DNA of 64,000 bases. Source: a virus. Its lineage: Duplodnaviria; Caudoviricetes. This document shows, piece by piece, positions 19,914-28,505 of this stretch; the stretch's first letter is position 1, and every line of letters begins with the position of its first letter. Location: the IMG/VR virus record IMGVR_UViG_3300028430_000741, positions 544 through 64,543 of that record; one strand, written 5' to 3'. Both the position numbers and the translations under genes were made by a program. Below the pieces are notes generated by a model. It was given only the letters and a program-made list of their open reading frames with translations. It was not told where the DNA came from and did not search any database.

Positions 19914-20095
19914 CGAAAATTTGGGTTTGAACCCCCGCCCTTTAGCGATAGCTACCAATAAGGCTTAGAGGAAATCCGAACTAGGGAAGTATTCGGAGGT
20001 CTGTGACATCTAACGGCTCGACGGGCTATTCACCGCTTACGTTGTCCGAATTAGCCCAGACAATCCTCGTCTCTTTCAGGGCGAGGTTGGTGAAC
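19914..20095 (-). mobile_element. non-autonomous IS200/IS605-type mini-element carrying a truncated IsrB/IscB omega-RNA (HEARO-like)
   Basis: Minus strand GTTCACCAAC-CTCGCCCTGAAAGAGACGAG hairpin, GAATAGCCC, TCCGAATACTTCCCTAGTTCGGA stem, right end AAAGGGCGGGGGTTCAAACCCAAATTTTCG followed by ATGA. Confidence 0.75.
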
Positions 20096-20359
20096 CTCTT
20101 TTAGTGCGATAGTACCATAAGCCGATAAGGGCATATCGCTATTTAACAATTCAAAGGTGTCGTAATGTCTGACGCTCCGATAAGCGCCAAGCGATTTGTT
20201 TTGGTATTTGCCCGTTATTCGTATTAGCAAAAGACTTCTTTTGCCTACTGGCGATATAGATTTTATAACCCCCTCTATGAATAGAGGTTCAAGGTTAAAC
20301 AAAATTACTGTATCGCCAACTTTTAAATTTGCTACAGTTTTGGGTTTTTCTGATTTCAT
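20051..20359 (-). CDS. hypothetical protein; C-terminus replaced by the mini-IS
   Basis: NLKVGDTV SH3-like start; last 14 aa lie inside the inserted element. Confidence 0.6.
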   Translation of the reverse strand: MKSEKPKTVANLKVGDTVILFNLEPLFIEGVIKSISPVGKRSLLLIRITGKYQNKSLGAYRSVRHYDTFELLNSDMPLSAYGTIALKEVHQPRPERDEDCLG

Positions 20360-20549
20360 GGGATTCTAATCTCCAGTTTTCCATCTTTAATCGTAACGGC
20401 AATTGATTCAAAATGTCTCGCAATGCCCTTGCGCGGGTTTTTGGAAAACAGAGATAGCCATCTCCGATCCCCTCGATCTGCAATTGATAAGAGAGAAAGA
20501 AAGGTCGAGGGGTTAGAGTGATTTTTATTCCTGATCGAGATCGGTTATT

Positions 20550-20741
20550 CTAATTTCCTCGTGTTGATTCTTCTCTATACTTCATTCTCCATTCCTTAGC
20601 GTTAAACTTGCACATTGCTAAATGCGCTTTAAATCGCTCGACAGACTCTCTTTCTTCGACTTGTTTGACAATCCCTTTGGGATTTTCGGGATCGTGTTCC
20701 TTTATGGATTCCCAAGAAATAGCTTTTTCTTTTTCTTTCAT
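20550..20741 (-). CDS. hypothetical protein
   Basis: 63 aa with AAGGAG RBS. Confidence 0.55.
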   Translation of the reverse strand: MKEKEKAISWESIKEHDPENPKGIVKQVEERESVERFKAHLAMCKFNAKEWRMKYREESTRGN

Positions 20742-20757
20742 TTTGATACTCCTTGTT

Positions 20758-20955
20758 TTAGGGATTTAACTTGACTGGACAAATTCCAAAGCGTTTTAGG
20801 TGTGCATTTATCTCGTTGAGTTTGTGAGATAAGATTTGTTTTTTTAACTTTCCAGTGGGGTCGAGGTCGCCCCTTGCTTTAGAGTAGTATTGTCCCCGAT
20901 ACCAAAGGGCTAGATAGGAAAGAGTTTGTCCGCTTTCATTTAATAAAGATTTCAT
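20758..20955 (-). CDS. hypothetical protein
   Basis: 65 aa, AAGGAG RBS, first gene after the promoter at 20986-21014. Confidence 0.6.
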   Translation of the reverse strand: MKSLLNESGQTLSYLALWYRGQYYSKARGDLDPTGKLKKQILSHKLNEINAHLKRFGICPVKLNP

Positions 20956-20985
20956 TGATGCTCCTTAAGTGTTTCCATTAATTAA

Positions 20986-21014
20986 ATCATATCAATCTTT
21001 TCTTGAATTGTCAA
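20986..21014 (-). promoter_or_regulatory. sigma70-type promoter with CTTGA-N4-TCAAG palindrome
   Basis: TTGACA-attcaagaaaagattga(17)-TATGAT. Confidence 0.75.
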
Positions 21015-21256
21015 GTAATTTCCGTAAAATCTTCCTTCCGAAAACAATAGAATTTGTGTCCCTTCCATTCGGGGAATTCGGGATCGACTGACTCGAAATG
21101 GTAATAGATTCCGAGTGCGGTTTTTATCGTTCCAATTGGTTTGCAAACTTTAAATGTTTGTCCGAAAGAATTCACTCGGTAACGGCGATCTGGATGGCGT
21201 GATTCACAATATTCTCCAATCATCGGGATCACGTCCCCACGTCGTTCACATAACAA
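21011..21256 (-). CDS. hypothetical protein
   Basis: ORF overlapping the primase stop; probable start MIGEYC. Confidence 0.5.
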   Translation of the reverse strand: MLCERRGDVIPMIGEYCESRHPDRRYRVNSFGQTFKVCKPIGTIKTALGIYYHFESVDPEFPEWKGHKFYCFRKEDFTEIT

Positions 21257-24054
21257 CTTCCGAACGGCAAACTAAACCGAGCCACAGCCTCACCTATTCG
21301 AGCTTCTGCTTCAATCAGCCAATTGCCGATCGTGTCGATGGTCACGCCCACGATTCGGGCGATCGTTCGGGTCGGAATAGTTCGCTCTCCCGTGTCTATC
21401 GGTTCTGCGGTTCGGATCAGAACTTCCTGCCGCTCAAAATTTGGCAAACTGTCAAGGTGTACACCATCAGCCGAGTATTCTTCGGGGCGGGGCGGTTCGG
21501 TCTTTTGCTCCGAAGCTAGAACAGTAAACTCTTCTTCCTCGAATACTATTTCTTCTACGGCGATCGCTTGTGGCTCTTGGAAGTGTAGAGTTTTTCCCTC
21601 AAGCCGTCCGTGTCCGGCTTTCTGCAATTGACTGAGTAGTTCAAGAGCGAGTCCAGAGTTCATCTTTTGCCCGTCAATCTTCCGGCTCTGAAATTTTTGG
21701 TGAACCTCGCGGGTCGTAATTTTGCCAAAAGTTCTCACGATTTCCCAGATTTCATGCAGAATACCCTGAATGGGATTCTGATCGTCGCCCCCGGTGATGC
21801 CCTGAATAGCGAGAAATTGGTTGATATAAAAATCGGTCACGGCGGCCGCTTTCGCTGCGGTCTGGACGGGGATTTTGTAAAGATCGGTGTGTTCGGGATC
21901 GTAAATCCAATTCAGCAAGTGGATGGTAATAGCAAACCGCAAAAACTCTTTCATCTGTTTCCCGATGTACGCCGTAAAAGCGGGGTTTTTGGCTCGATTT
22001 TGCTTAACGAGATTGTTGTAGCGGTGATTCACGTCCCATGCAAAAGTTTCGCCTTTCTCGGTAAACCAAAGATCGTAACGTTCGACACCGCTTTCCCCGA
22101 TTTCTAGCTCGATACCGCTTACCCGATTAAACGCTTCTAGTATCAAGTCCTCGACCGAGTTCTCGTCCATTGGCGGGCGACCGGGGACGGGATCGAGCGG
22201 TTCGTTGATCAAAAAATGAAACCGGGAAACTAGCCCATCCACATCATCGGAAAGATCGAGGTACTTCCGAAGTTTTCCGACTTGTATCCCCCCCAATATA
22301 TTAAGGGTTTGCCCGTTCATGCTGTACCGACTCTCGCGGTTTACGCGGTCAAAAGTGAATTGTAGCGGATCGTTCCAAGCCTCTAGTAATTTCTGGCGAT
22401 CACTTCCCTTTCCGCCGCTCTTGTACTGGTTCATCCCGTCAAATAGCCCGGTTAGTTCGTCGGCCAGCCATACCGAACCTTGCCACGGGGACTGCAAGGA
22501 AATCGATTTTAGAATTGCATCTAGGGTTCCATGATCGTAGACCCATCGTTTAGCCTTGCAGTGTTCTCGCTCGTAAAGGCGCGGGTTAACGCTAGGATTT
22601 GTGATGTTCTCCTTGCGTTCCTCGCGGGTCATTTCAGCCCATGAGGACTTTAAGTCTTCAAGGTGTACCTCTTCTTGATCCACTCGCATTTGCTCGACTT
22701 TATCCCGTTCCTTCAAAACGCGGTAAATCTGCTTCTGTGTCGTGGTTTTTCCGCCGCTCGGATAATCTACATCCGCCATGTAAAAGATTGGGGATTCTTT
22801 CCAACAATTCCTGGAGTTTCTCGCTGTGCGGAGATTGACAGCAAATCGAGAACCGAGGATTGCGCCCATGACCGGCCAGAGCGAATGCAGTAGTCGGATC
22901 GATGGCTGGTTGATCGTCTTAGCCCGTGAATCTAGAGCTTCGGCGAGGGGGCGGGGAACGATCTTGAATATATCGAGCTTGTCTTGCCGATAGTGATTAT
23001 TCTGGAGAAAGTCAGTTATTCCCGTGTCGATCCGTTCTGACTCTTCTAGTTCCCGTTCCCGTGCCTTTTTCAGTTCGCGAATATCGCTCGGTGTCTTGCC
23101 CGTGAGTTTTGCCCACTCATGTATCTTCGCTTCCCACTTAGTAAGGGTCAGGTGTTGTTCGATCGCTGCGTCAATGGCGGGGACGATATCCTCTAGGGAT
23201 AGCAGTTGCTCTGTGGGTTTGCTTTTAGGCTCCCTAACCCGTAATTCTTTCGGGGTATCGACTACACCCGCCAAGACTTGCTCTTTTGTGGCTTTTGTTT
23301 CCTCGATCCAATCGATTAAATCGCATCCTCCGGATTCGGGAAGATGATCCCACAATGGGGAATCGGGGTAGGCGTACAGGAAGCGAGCGTCGGGAAAATC
23401 TTGATAGATGCGCTGAACGTGCTTCACGCCAGGATTATCCCGGTCTGGGCAGAGAATTAGTTTCGCTCCCTTCAAAAATTCCGAGTGTGATGGTTGCCAT
23501 TTTCCCGCCCCGCCGAGGCTACAGGTGGCGACGAATCCCATCGCTTCTAACTTCTCTACCTTGTTCTCTCCCTCGACTACTAGAATCGGAGTTCCCACCC
23601 CGATCGCTTTCTTCAGTCGTTCGGCATGGTAAAGGGGAATCTCGCTGTAGTTAATGCCTTGCAGGTTCCAATTCCACGTTTTCCCGTTGTTTGTCGAGTG
23701 TTGCTGACGAATTTCTTTTTTCCATCGCCCGTCTTCTTGGTAATCCTTCCGGTACACTTGGACGATCGTGCCGTTGGCAAGCTTGGGATAGGCGTAGTAG
23801 GTGGTTTTCTCTTTCTTAAATTCTGAAAACTTCTTGTCACGCTTCAAATAGTAGATAGAATCGCCCGCGCTGTCGGTTTTTCCCGACTTCTCCCACCCCT
23901 CGCCGGGTTCCGCTCCTCGCTTGCAGACAGAGAGCAGATTTCCCTCATCCGATGTGAATCCGTAACAGTAATTTGTTTCGTTTCGATTCCCGCAGTGGGG
24001 GCAGGGTTGCAACTTGACGCGATTGTGTGTTATCATAGTATTCATAAGATACAT
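21229..24054 (-). CDS. primase-helicase: Zn finger, TOPRIM, DUF3987-like ATPase, C-terminal wHTH-like domain
   Basis: CPHCG, VVEGE, PDRDNPG (TOPRIM), PSGGKT, DELTGLF, FDRV, GGIQ, DGLVSRF. Confidence 0.85.
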   Translation of the reverse strand: MYLMNTMITHNRVKLQPCPHCGNRNETNYCYGFTSDEGNLLSVCKRGAEPGEGWEKSGKTDSAGDSIYYLKRDKKFSEFKKEKTTYYAYPKLANGTIVQVYRKDYQEDGRWKKEIRQQHSTNNGKTWNWNLQGINYSEIPLYHAERLKKAIGVGTPILVVEGENKVEKLEAMGFVATCSLGGAGKWQPSHSEFLKGAKLILCPDRDNPGVKHVQRIYQDFPDARFLYAYPDSPLWDHLPESGGCDLIDWIEETKATKEQVLAGVVDTPKELRVREPKSKPTEQLLSLEDIVPAIDAAIEQHLTLTKWEAKIHEWAKLTGKTPSDIRELKKARERELEESERIDTGITDFLQNNHYRQDKLDIFKIVPRPLAEALDSRAKTINQPSIRLLHSLWPVMGAILGSRFAVNLRTARNSRNCWKESPIFYMADVDYPSGGKTTTQKQIYRVLKERDKVEQMRVDQEEVHLEDLKSSWAEMTREERKENITNPSVNPRLYEREHCKAKRWVYDHGTLDAILKSISLQSPWQGSVWLADELTGLFDGMNQYKSGGKGSDRQKLLEAWNDPLQFTFDRVNRESRYSMNGQTLNILGGIQVGKLRKYLDLSDDVDGLVSRFHFLINEPLDPVPGRPPMDENSVEDLILEAFNRVSGIELEIGESGVERYDLWFTEKGETFAWDVNHRYNNLVKQNRAKNPAFTAYIGKQMKEFLRFAITIHLLNWIYDPEHTDLYKIPVQTAAKAAAVTDFYINQFLAIQGITGGDDQNPIQGILHEIWEIVRTFGKITTREVHQKFQSRKIDGQKMNSGLALELLSQLQKAGHGRLEGKTLHFQEPQAIAVEEIVFEEEEFTVLASEQKTEPPRPEEYSADGVHLDSLPNFERQEVLIRTAEPIDTGERTIPTRTIARIVGVTIDTIGNWLIEAEARIGEAVARFSLPFGSCYVNDVGT

Positions 24055-24174
24055 TTGTGTTTTGGAACTCGCTCCCCGCGAGTTTTTTTATTGGACATCG
24101 GAATTCTCCCGAAAAGATTCTATTAAAAATCCTAACAGAAAATTCCTGACAAAGGAATACTACAGAAAGTAATC

Positions 24175-24408
24175 TTAAGTAATCTGTCTAATTTTTTTAC
24201 GAAGCTTGGAAACATAAAAAGAATCAGCTTCTTTCTTGATTTCCTGTTCGATTTCTGGGGGAATCGAGAGATATAAAGTGATAGCTGACTCTAAAAGCTC
24301 TCTTTTGGTTTTTCCCGTCTGTTTTTCCCTCTCCCCGACACGATCCCAGAGATCGGAATCAATGTACGAGGAAAATTTTGTGGCGGGAGATTTTAGTTTG
24401 GCAGTCAT
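24175..24408 (-). CDS. ribbon-helix-helix transcription regulator
   Basis: KFSSYIDSDLWDRV....KQTGKTKRELLESAITLYL; divergent from the HTH repressor. Confidence 0.65.
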   Translation of the reverse strand: MTAKLKSPATKFSSYIDSDLWDRVGEREKQTGKTKRELLESAITLYLSIPPEIEQEIKKEADSFYVSKLRKKIRQIT

Positions 24409-24554
24409 GATAATTCTAGTAATGCGATAGATGGCTCTGTTCTTAGAATAGCACAGCGTCTGTCCAATATTGACATTTATGTTATGTTGTCGTGTTTATG
24501 GAATACGCGCTAGAATATTTTGTATTCCATTAACATACACACTAGAAAGTTGAT

Positions 24555-25133
24555 ATGGCTGTATCGCGTACTGTTACCAACGAAAAAGGCGAAAAAGTTC
24601 CGAGGAAGCGCACAAAATCTTCTGCGTTAACCGAGCATGGAATTGAACGCCTCGGCAAATGTCTCAAAGAAAAACGAGAAAATTTGGGGATGACCCAAGA
24701 AGCTTTTACGGATTGGATCGAAGCGGAAGGAGCAAGGCTAAAAATCCCCGGGGCAAGAGTATCTGTTGGGGCGATCCAAAACTGGGAAGTCACCCGCATT
24801 GCCTCTTGTCCCGATCTTGGAAATATGCGACTCTTGGCTGCAGTATTTGGGCTTGACACAGATTCGTTCGTAACCTACCTAAATGGTGAGTGGGATTCAA
24901 TTAGCGAATTTACAAAAGACCCTAATTATCGCAAACAGGGACAGCCGAACCTAAATCCCAATCTAGCGGCCGAGATATTCCGAAATGCCGACATTCAGGT
25001 TAAAGCCCCGATTATTGTCGGGGAACTACAGGCACTTTTTGCTAAAATTTCGGATTTTCAAGCAATTGCGAGAGATTTTAAGTCTCTCGCAACATTCTTG
25101 AGCGTCTACCCATTGATCGGACTTCAAATCTAG
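24555..25133 (+). CDS. XRE-family HTH repressor
   Basis: LKEKRENLGMTQEAF...VSVGAIQNWE...PDL...LLAAVFG. Confidence 0.8.
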   Translation: MAVSRTVTNEKGEKVPRKRTKSSALTEHGIERLGKCLKEKRENLGMTQEAFTDWIEAEGARLKIPGARVSVGAIQNWEVTRIASCPDLGNMRLLAAVFGLDTDSFVTYLNGEWDSISEFTKDPNYRKQGQPNLNPNLAAEIFRNADIQVKAPIIVGELQALFAKISDFQAIARDFKSLATFLSVYPLIGLQI

Positions 25134-25243
25134 ATAGACTTGGGACAATAGATTGATCTGAGTTTTTAAATGGTAGACACGGCGCTTTAGTTACTCAATC
25201 TCGTTCATGTCAGGATTAGCAAATAATTTTGACACTATTAAAA

Positions 25244-26413
25244 TTAAAAACGGCAAGTCTTTAAAATGATCTCGATCACCGTGGGAGGTGATAAGTTAGA
25301 GCAGGCATTCGATTCGCCGACCGTGGCACGACCACTCCATCCTTCTGCATCTGGATCGTAGAATTTTTCGGCTTCCGAAAGTACGGAGTAAGTTAACCTT
25401 GCAAAGTTGATTTTTTCGGTTTCGGCATCAGGGTGATATGGATTGCAGGCAAGAGTGTACTTGTTGCCAACGAATTTTTTGCTAGTAAATTTGTCAATTT
25501 TTTTGGTTACGATTACATCGTGCATCGTAAGGATGATGGGAAAAATATCATAATAATTATCGATCATGCGATCAATCGACTGATAAACACAACGGGGATC
25601 GATGTAGGTTTCTCCCAATCCCGACATTGTGACTATCGCACAACCTTCATAAAAGGTGATCCGATTTTCTTCGATTAGCTGATCTGTGAATCCTTTGACC
25701 TTTTCCCAGTATTCATCGACTTTCGGGTGATCACACGGCCAATTATCTTTTCCCTCGATAGCTTTGACAAGATTCCAGAACGACCGCTCAAACGCGCGGG
25801 AATGAAAGTATTCCTTATCTTCGATTGTCCATTCCCGTCGATCTTTGGGCATATCCAGATCGATTGCAAGATCGTCCGATTCACACTTCATCCCCGCTAC
25901 ACATTGAGCGGCAAAATCGGCGTACTTGGATAGAAGAAACGGGACGGCAAGGTGATCGCAATCGTAGGAAATGGCGCAGAGCTTCATTTCGGCATTGTCT
26001 TGATTCCAAAGATATTGGCTCTCTTTTTCACTTGTCCCTAGATACGCCATGTACAAATGCACTGCGCTACAGATAGCGTCAGCGTCTAATTGGGTGGTGC
26101 AAAAAAGGATATTGTTGTCTTTCTCTTTCGGGAATTGAGAAGGAAGATCTATCCCCATTTCCGCGTTAATTTCAATTGTTTTTTCGATGTCATCGATTTG
26201 GATCTTTTCGCCTCCCGGTCGATGGTGATCAAAATGCCAATCCCTTGATCGGGGTTTCCATCCAGGGACAGTTCCATCGATCATGATTACTGAACATTCT
26301 CCGATTTCTTCAATCTTGGCGTTGAGAACTTCCGCGCGGGTTGTGACTAAAAAATTAAGGGTCATTGCTGTTACTCCTGATGATTGTTGATAAAAGGTGA
26401 TCGGCGTTGTCAA
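25244..26413 (-). CDS. DHH-like phosphoesterase fold protein (tentative)
   Basis: IDG, FDHH, LDADA, CDH and GWSGR motifs. Confidence 0.5.
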   Translation of the reverse strand: MTTPITFYQQSSGVTAMTLNFLVTTRAEVLNAKIEEIGECSVIMIDGTVPGWKPRSRDWHFDHHRPGGEKIQIDDIEKTIEINAEMGIDLPSQFPKEKDNNILFCTTQLDADAICSAVHLYMAYLGTSEKESQYLWNQDNAEMKLCAISYDCDHLAVPFLLSKYADFAAQCVAGMKCESDDLAIDLDMPKDRREWTIEDKEYFHSRAFERSFWNLVKAIEGKDNWPCDHPKVDEYWEKVKGFTDQLIEENRITFYEGCAIVTMSGLGETYIDPRCVYQSIDRMIDNYYDIFPIILTMHDVIVTKKIDKFTSKKFVGNKYTLACNPYHPDAETEKINFARLTYSVLSEAEKFYDPDAEGWSGRATVGESNACSNLSPPTVIEIILKTCRF

Positions 26414-26431
26414 TGCCCCCTGACAAGCTTT

Positions 26432-27436
26432 TTAGAAATCGTCCGAATCTTCAGAGACGGGGACAGTTTTTAGTAATCTGTCCTCGATCATTGCGTCTAC
26501 TTCTGCGCTGATTTCTGGATTGATTTTGTTGCCGACTACTTGTTCTGCGGTAAACGTAACTTTTCCTCCCGTGTCGGGATTACCGCTTTTATTTAACGCG
26601 GTAATTCTATCAAGAACAGCTATTTTTAGAGCGTCCTTATTTTTGCTGTTTTCTTTGTAAATTGATTCCGCCACAAAAGCGTCAACCCCTGCGTTTACTA
26701 ATGCTGTGACGTGAATATCTTTCCAGCATTTCCCCTTAGCTTTTTCGTCCTTGAAAGCATTGTGCTTTTTGAAAATATCTCTCGCAGTATCTGAACTCAT
26801 TCCCAATTCATTAACTGCGTAGTTCATCATTCGGGGAACCCATTCGGAAATATCGGGTTCGGTTCGAGGCTTGACTACTTCCACATTGATTGCGTCCCCG
26901 TTTTCGTTTACTTCTGCTCCTAGTTCGTCAAAGGAATAAACAGGCGCACCGAGGGCGAGATCGGGACAGAACTCGCGGAACCCATTAGAGATACACCGAG
27001 CGAAAAGCATATTCTTAGGAAACTTCTGCCAGTTTGGATTACTACCGAGTCCTGCGGTTTTTGCGTCCAGCATCGTGAACGAGGTCACGCCGAGCGATTC
27101 CCACTTGCCCTGTATTAACTCAAAAAATTCAATCTCGCACTTGTCAGCGTCGTGCAATAATTTTTTGTATCGATACTTACCTGACCCCTTAATTAGGGTA
27201 GCCATTAGGTTGGCACTAATAACAGGCTTGCCTTTAATGATATGAATTCCAGTCATCGAGGCAAAAGCGGGAATCCCCAACTCTTTCCCGGCAAGAACTT
27301 TTACAAAACATTGTGCCACTGATTGCGTATCAGTAAACAGCTTGGACTCTGCCATTAAAGACGCTAGTTTTTTCATGTCGTCAATCGTCTTTAACTCTAG
27401 CGGACTCGATGAAGCTTTAACAATTTCGCCTGACAT
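26432..27436 (-). CDS. RecT-like single-strand annealing protein
   Basis: GKELGI...IHIIKGKP...NWQKFPKNMLFAR...FCPD; acidic C-terminus. Confidence 0.75.
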   Translation of the reverse strand: MSGEIVKASSSPLELKTIDDMKKLASLMAESKLFTDTQSVAQCFVKVLAGKELGIPAFASMTGIHIIKGKPVISANLMATLIKGSGKYRYKKLLHDADKCEIEFFELIQGKWESLGVTSFTMLDAKTAGLGSNPNWQKFPKNMLFARCISNGFREFCPDLALGAPVYSFDELGAEVNENGDAINVEVVKPRTEPDISEWVPRMMNYAVNELGMSSDTARDIFKKHNAFKDEKAKGKCWKDIHVTALVNAGVDAFVAESIYKENSKNKDALKIAVLDRITALNKSGNPDTGGKVTFTAEQVVGNKINPEISAEVDAMIEDRLLKTVPVSEDSDDF

Positions 27437-27468
27437 AATTTTATCTAAAGAAAACTCAACTTTCTTAA

Positions 27469-27497
27469 ATCATATACAGTCTTTCTTGAATTGTCAA
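27469..27497 (-). promoter_or_regulatory. sigma70-type promoter with CTTGA-N4-TCAAG palindrome
   Basis: TTGACA-attcaagaaagactgta(17)-TATGAT, upstream of the RecT-like gene. Confidence 0.75.
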
Positions 27498-27569
27498 GTA
27501 GATTTCTAAATTATTTTAGAAATCTAAGATTAGGGAAAATAGCGAGGTGGGTAGTACAAGTATCCTACG

Positions 27570-27846
27570 TTGAGGATGTTAAAGCGATGTTAGGGAGTAA
27601 ATAACATAAGAAAAAGTATATATATCAATACTTCTATCCTTTTGTTATGGATGTTTCCCCGATCCTCGACTCTCGTTTTTTCTCTACAGAAAACCTTCAT
27701 CTTAGCGGTTGACCTCGCTTATCCCTCTCCTATCCTTCTTTCTCACTAGGATCGGGATAACTCCAATAACAAAACCCTAGAACCCGTTCCCCGTGGACGT
27801 TTCGGGATGTTAGAAACTCTCTAACATTGGAGGGGGAAAAATAACA
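27570..27846 (+). repeat. non-coding TGTTA/TAACA palindromic element, copy A
   Basis: About 60 bp near-identical to 62958-63021; shares TGACCTCGCT, ACTAGGATCG and GGATGTTAGAAACTCTCTAACAT with the other copies. Confidence 0.85.
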
Positions 27847-27856
27847 GAGAAATTAC

Positions 27857-27886
27857 TTGACAATTCTGATCGGGATCGATTAAGAT
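27857..27886 (+). promoter_or_regulatory. sigma70-type promoter
   Basis: TTGACA-18 bp-TAAGAT, upstream of 27973..28422. Confidence 0.55.
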
Positions 27887-27972
27887 AAGGATAAGAATCG
27901 CACTCTCGACGTAGGGAAAATTTTATATCAAAGGACTAAAAGCTTACGCCCCCCTGCAAAAAGGAGATTTTT

Positions 27973-28422
27973 ATGCGTTTTTTTGAAGAAATCATAGAAG
28001 GAGAAACAGGAAAGTTATTAGATGAATTAGGATTAGGACATAAATTGTCTCTTTTGGAAAAAGAGACAGAATTAGAGTTGACAGAGCTAGAGCTATTGCT
28101 CATTGTATTAAAAGCTGTTGTTTGCCCAATTCTATCTCAATATTGTTACCATGATGGACTTCGCTTTAAGTCAGATGAATATGCTACCAAAAATAGTTTC
28201 TCTTATAGTGGCATGATCGTATGGTTTATTACTTGTTGCGTTAACGGCAAATATATTGATGTAGTTGGCAAGTCACCAGAACAGGCGGTTTTTAACTGTA
28301 TTAAATTGTTTACTGGAATTGTTGCCAATAAAGATTCCGACACTGATCAGCATAACTTCTTTATTGAGTTTAGAAATAATATGGAATCAAACAAAAGGAT
28401 GTATGAACGCTTCTATGCCTGA
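27973..28422 (+). CDS. hypothetical moron-like protein
   Basis: AT-rich 149-aa ORF, AAGGAG RBS, own promoter, opposite strand to the tail genes. Confidence 0.65.
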   Translation: MRFFEEIIEGETGKLLDELGLGHKLSLLEKETELELTELELLLIVLKAVVCPILSQYCYHDGLRFKSDEYATKNSFSYSGMIVWFITCCVNGKYIDVVGKSPEQAVFNCIKLFTGIVANKDSDTDQHNFFIEFRNNMESNKRMYERFYA

Positions 28423-28505
28423 CTAGATTTAAAGTCTCTTGTGAACTCTCCGATAATGTCGGAAATGCTTCAAAAGTTTTTAGAAAAAACAAAAACCGAT
28501 GTTAG

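Noticed and set aside
27570-27846. CRISPR or mini-array interpretation of the TGTTA repeats
   Set aside because: Repeats are 5-6 bp units in both orientations, with no constant 25-40 bp repeat alternating with unique spacers, and no cas genes
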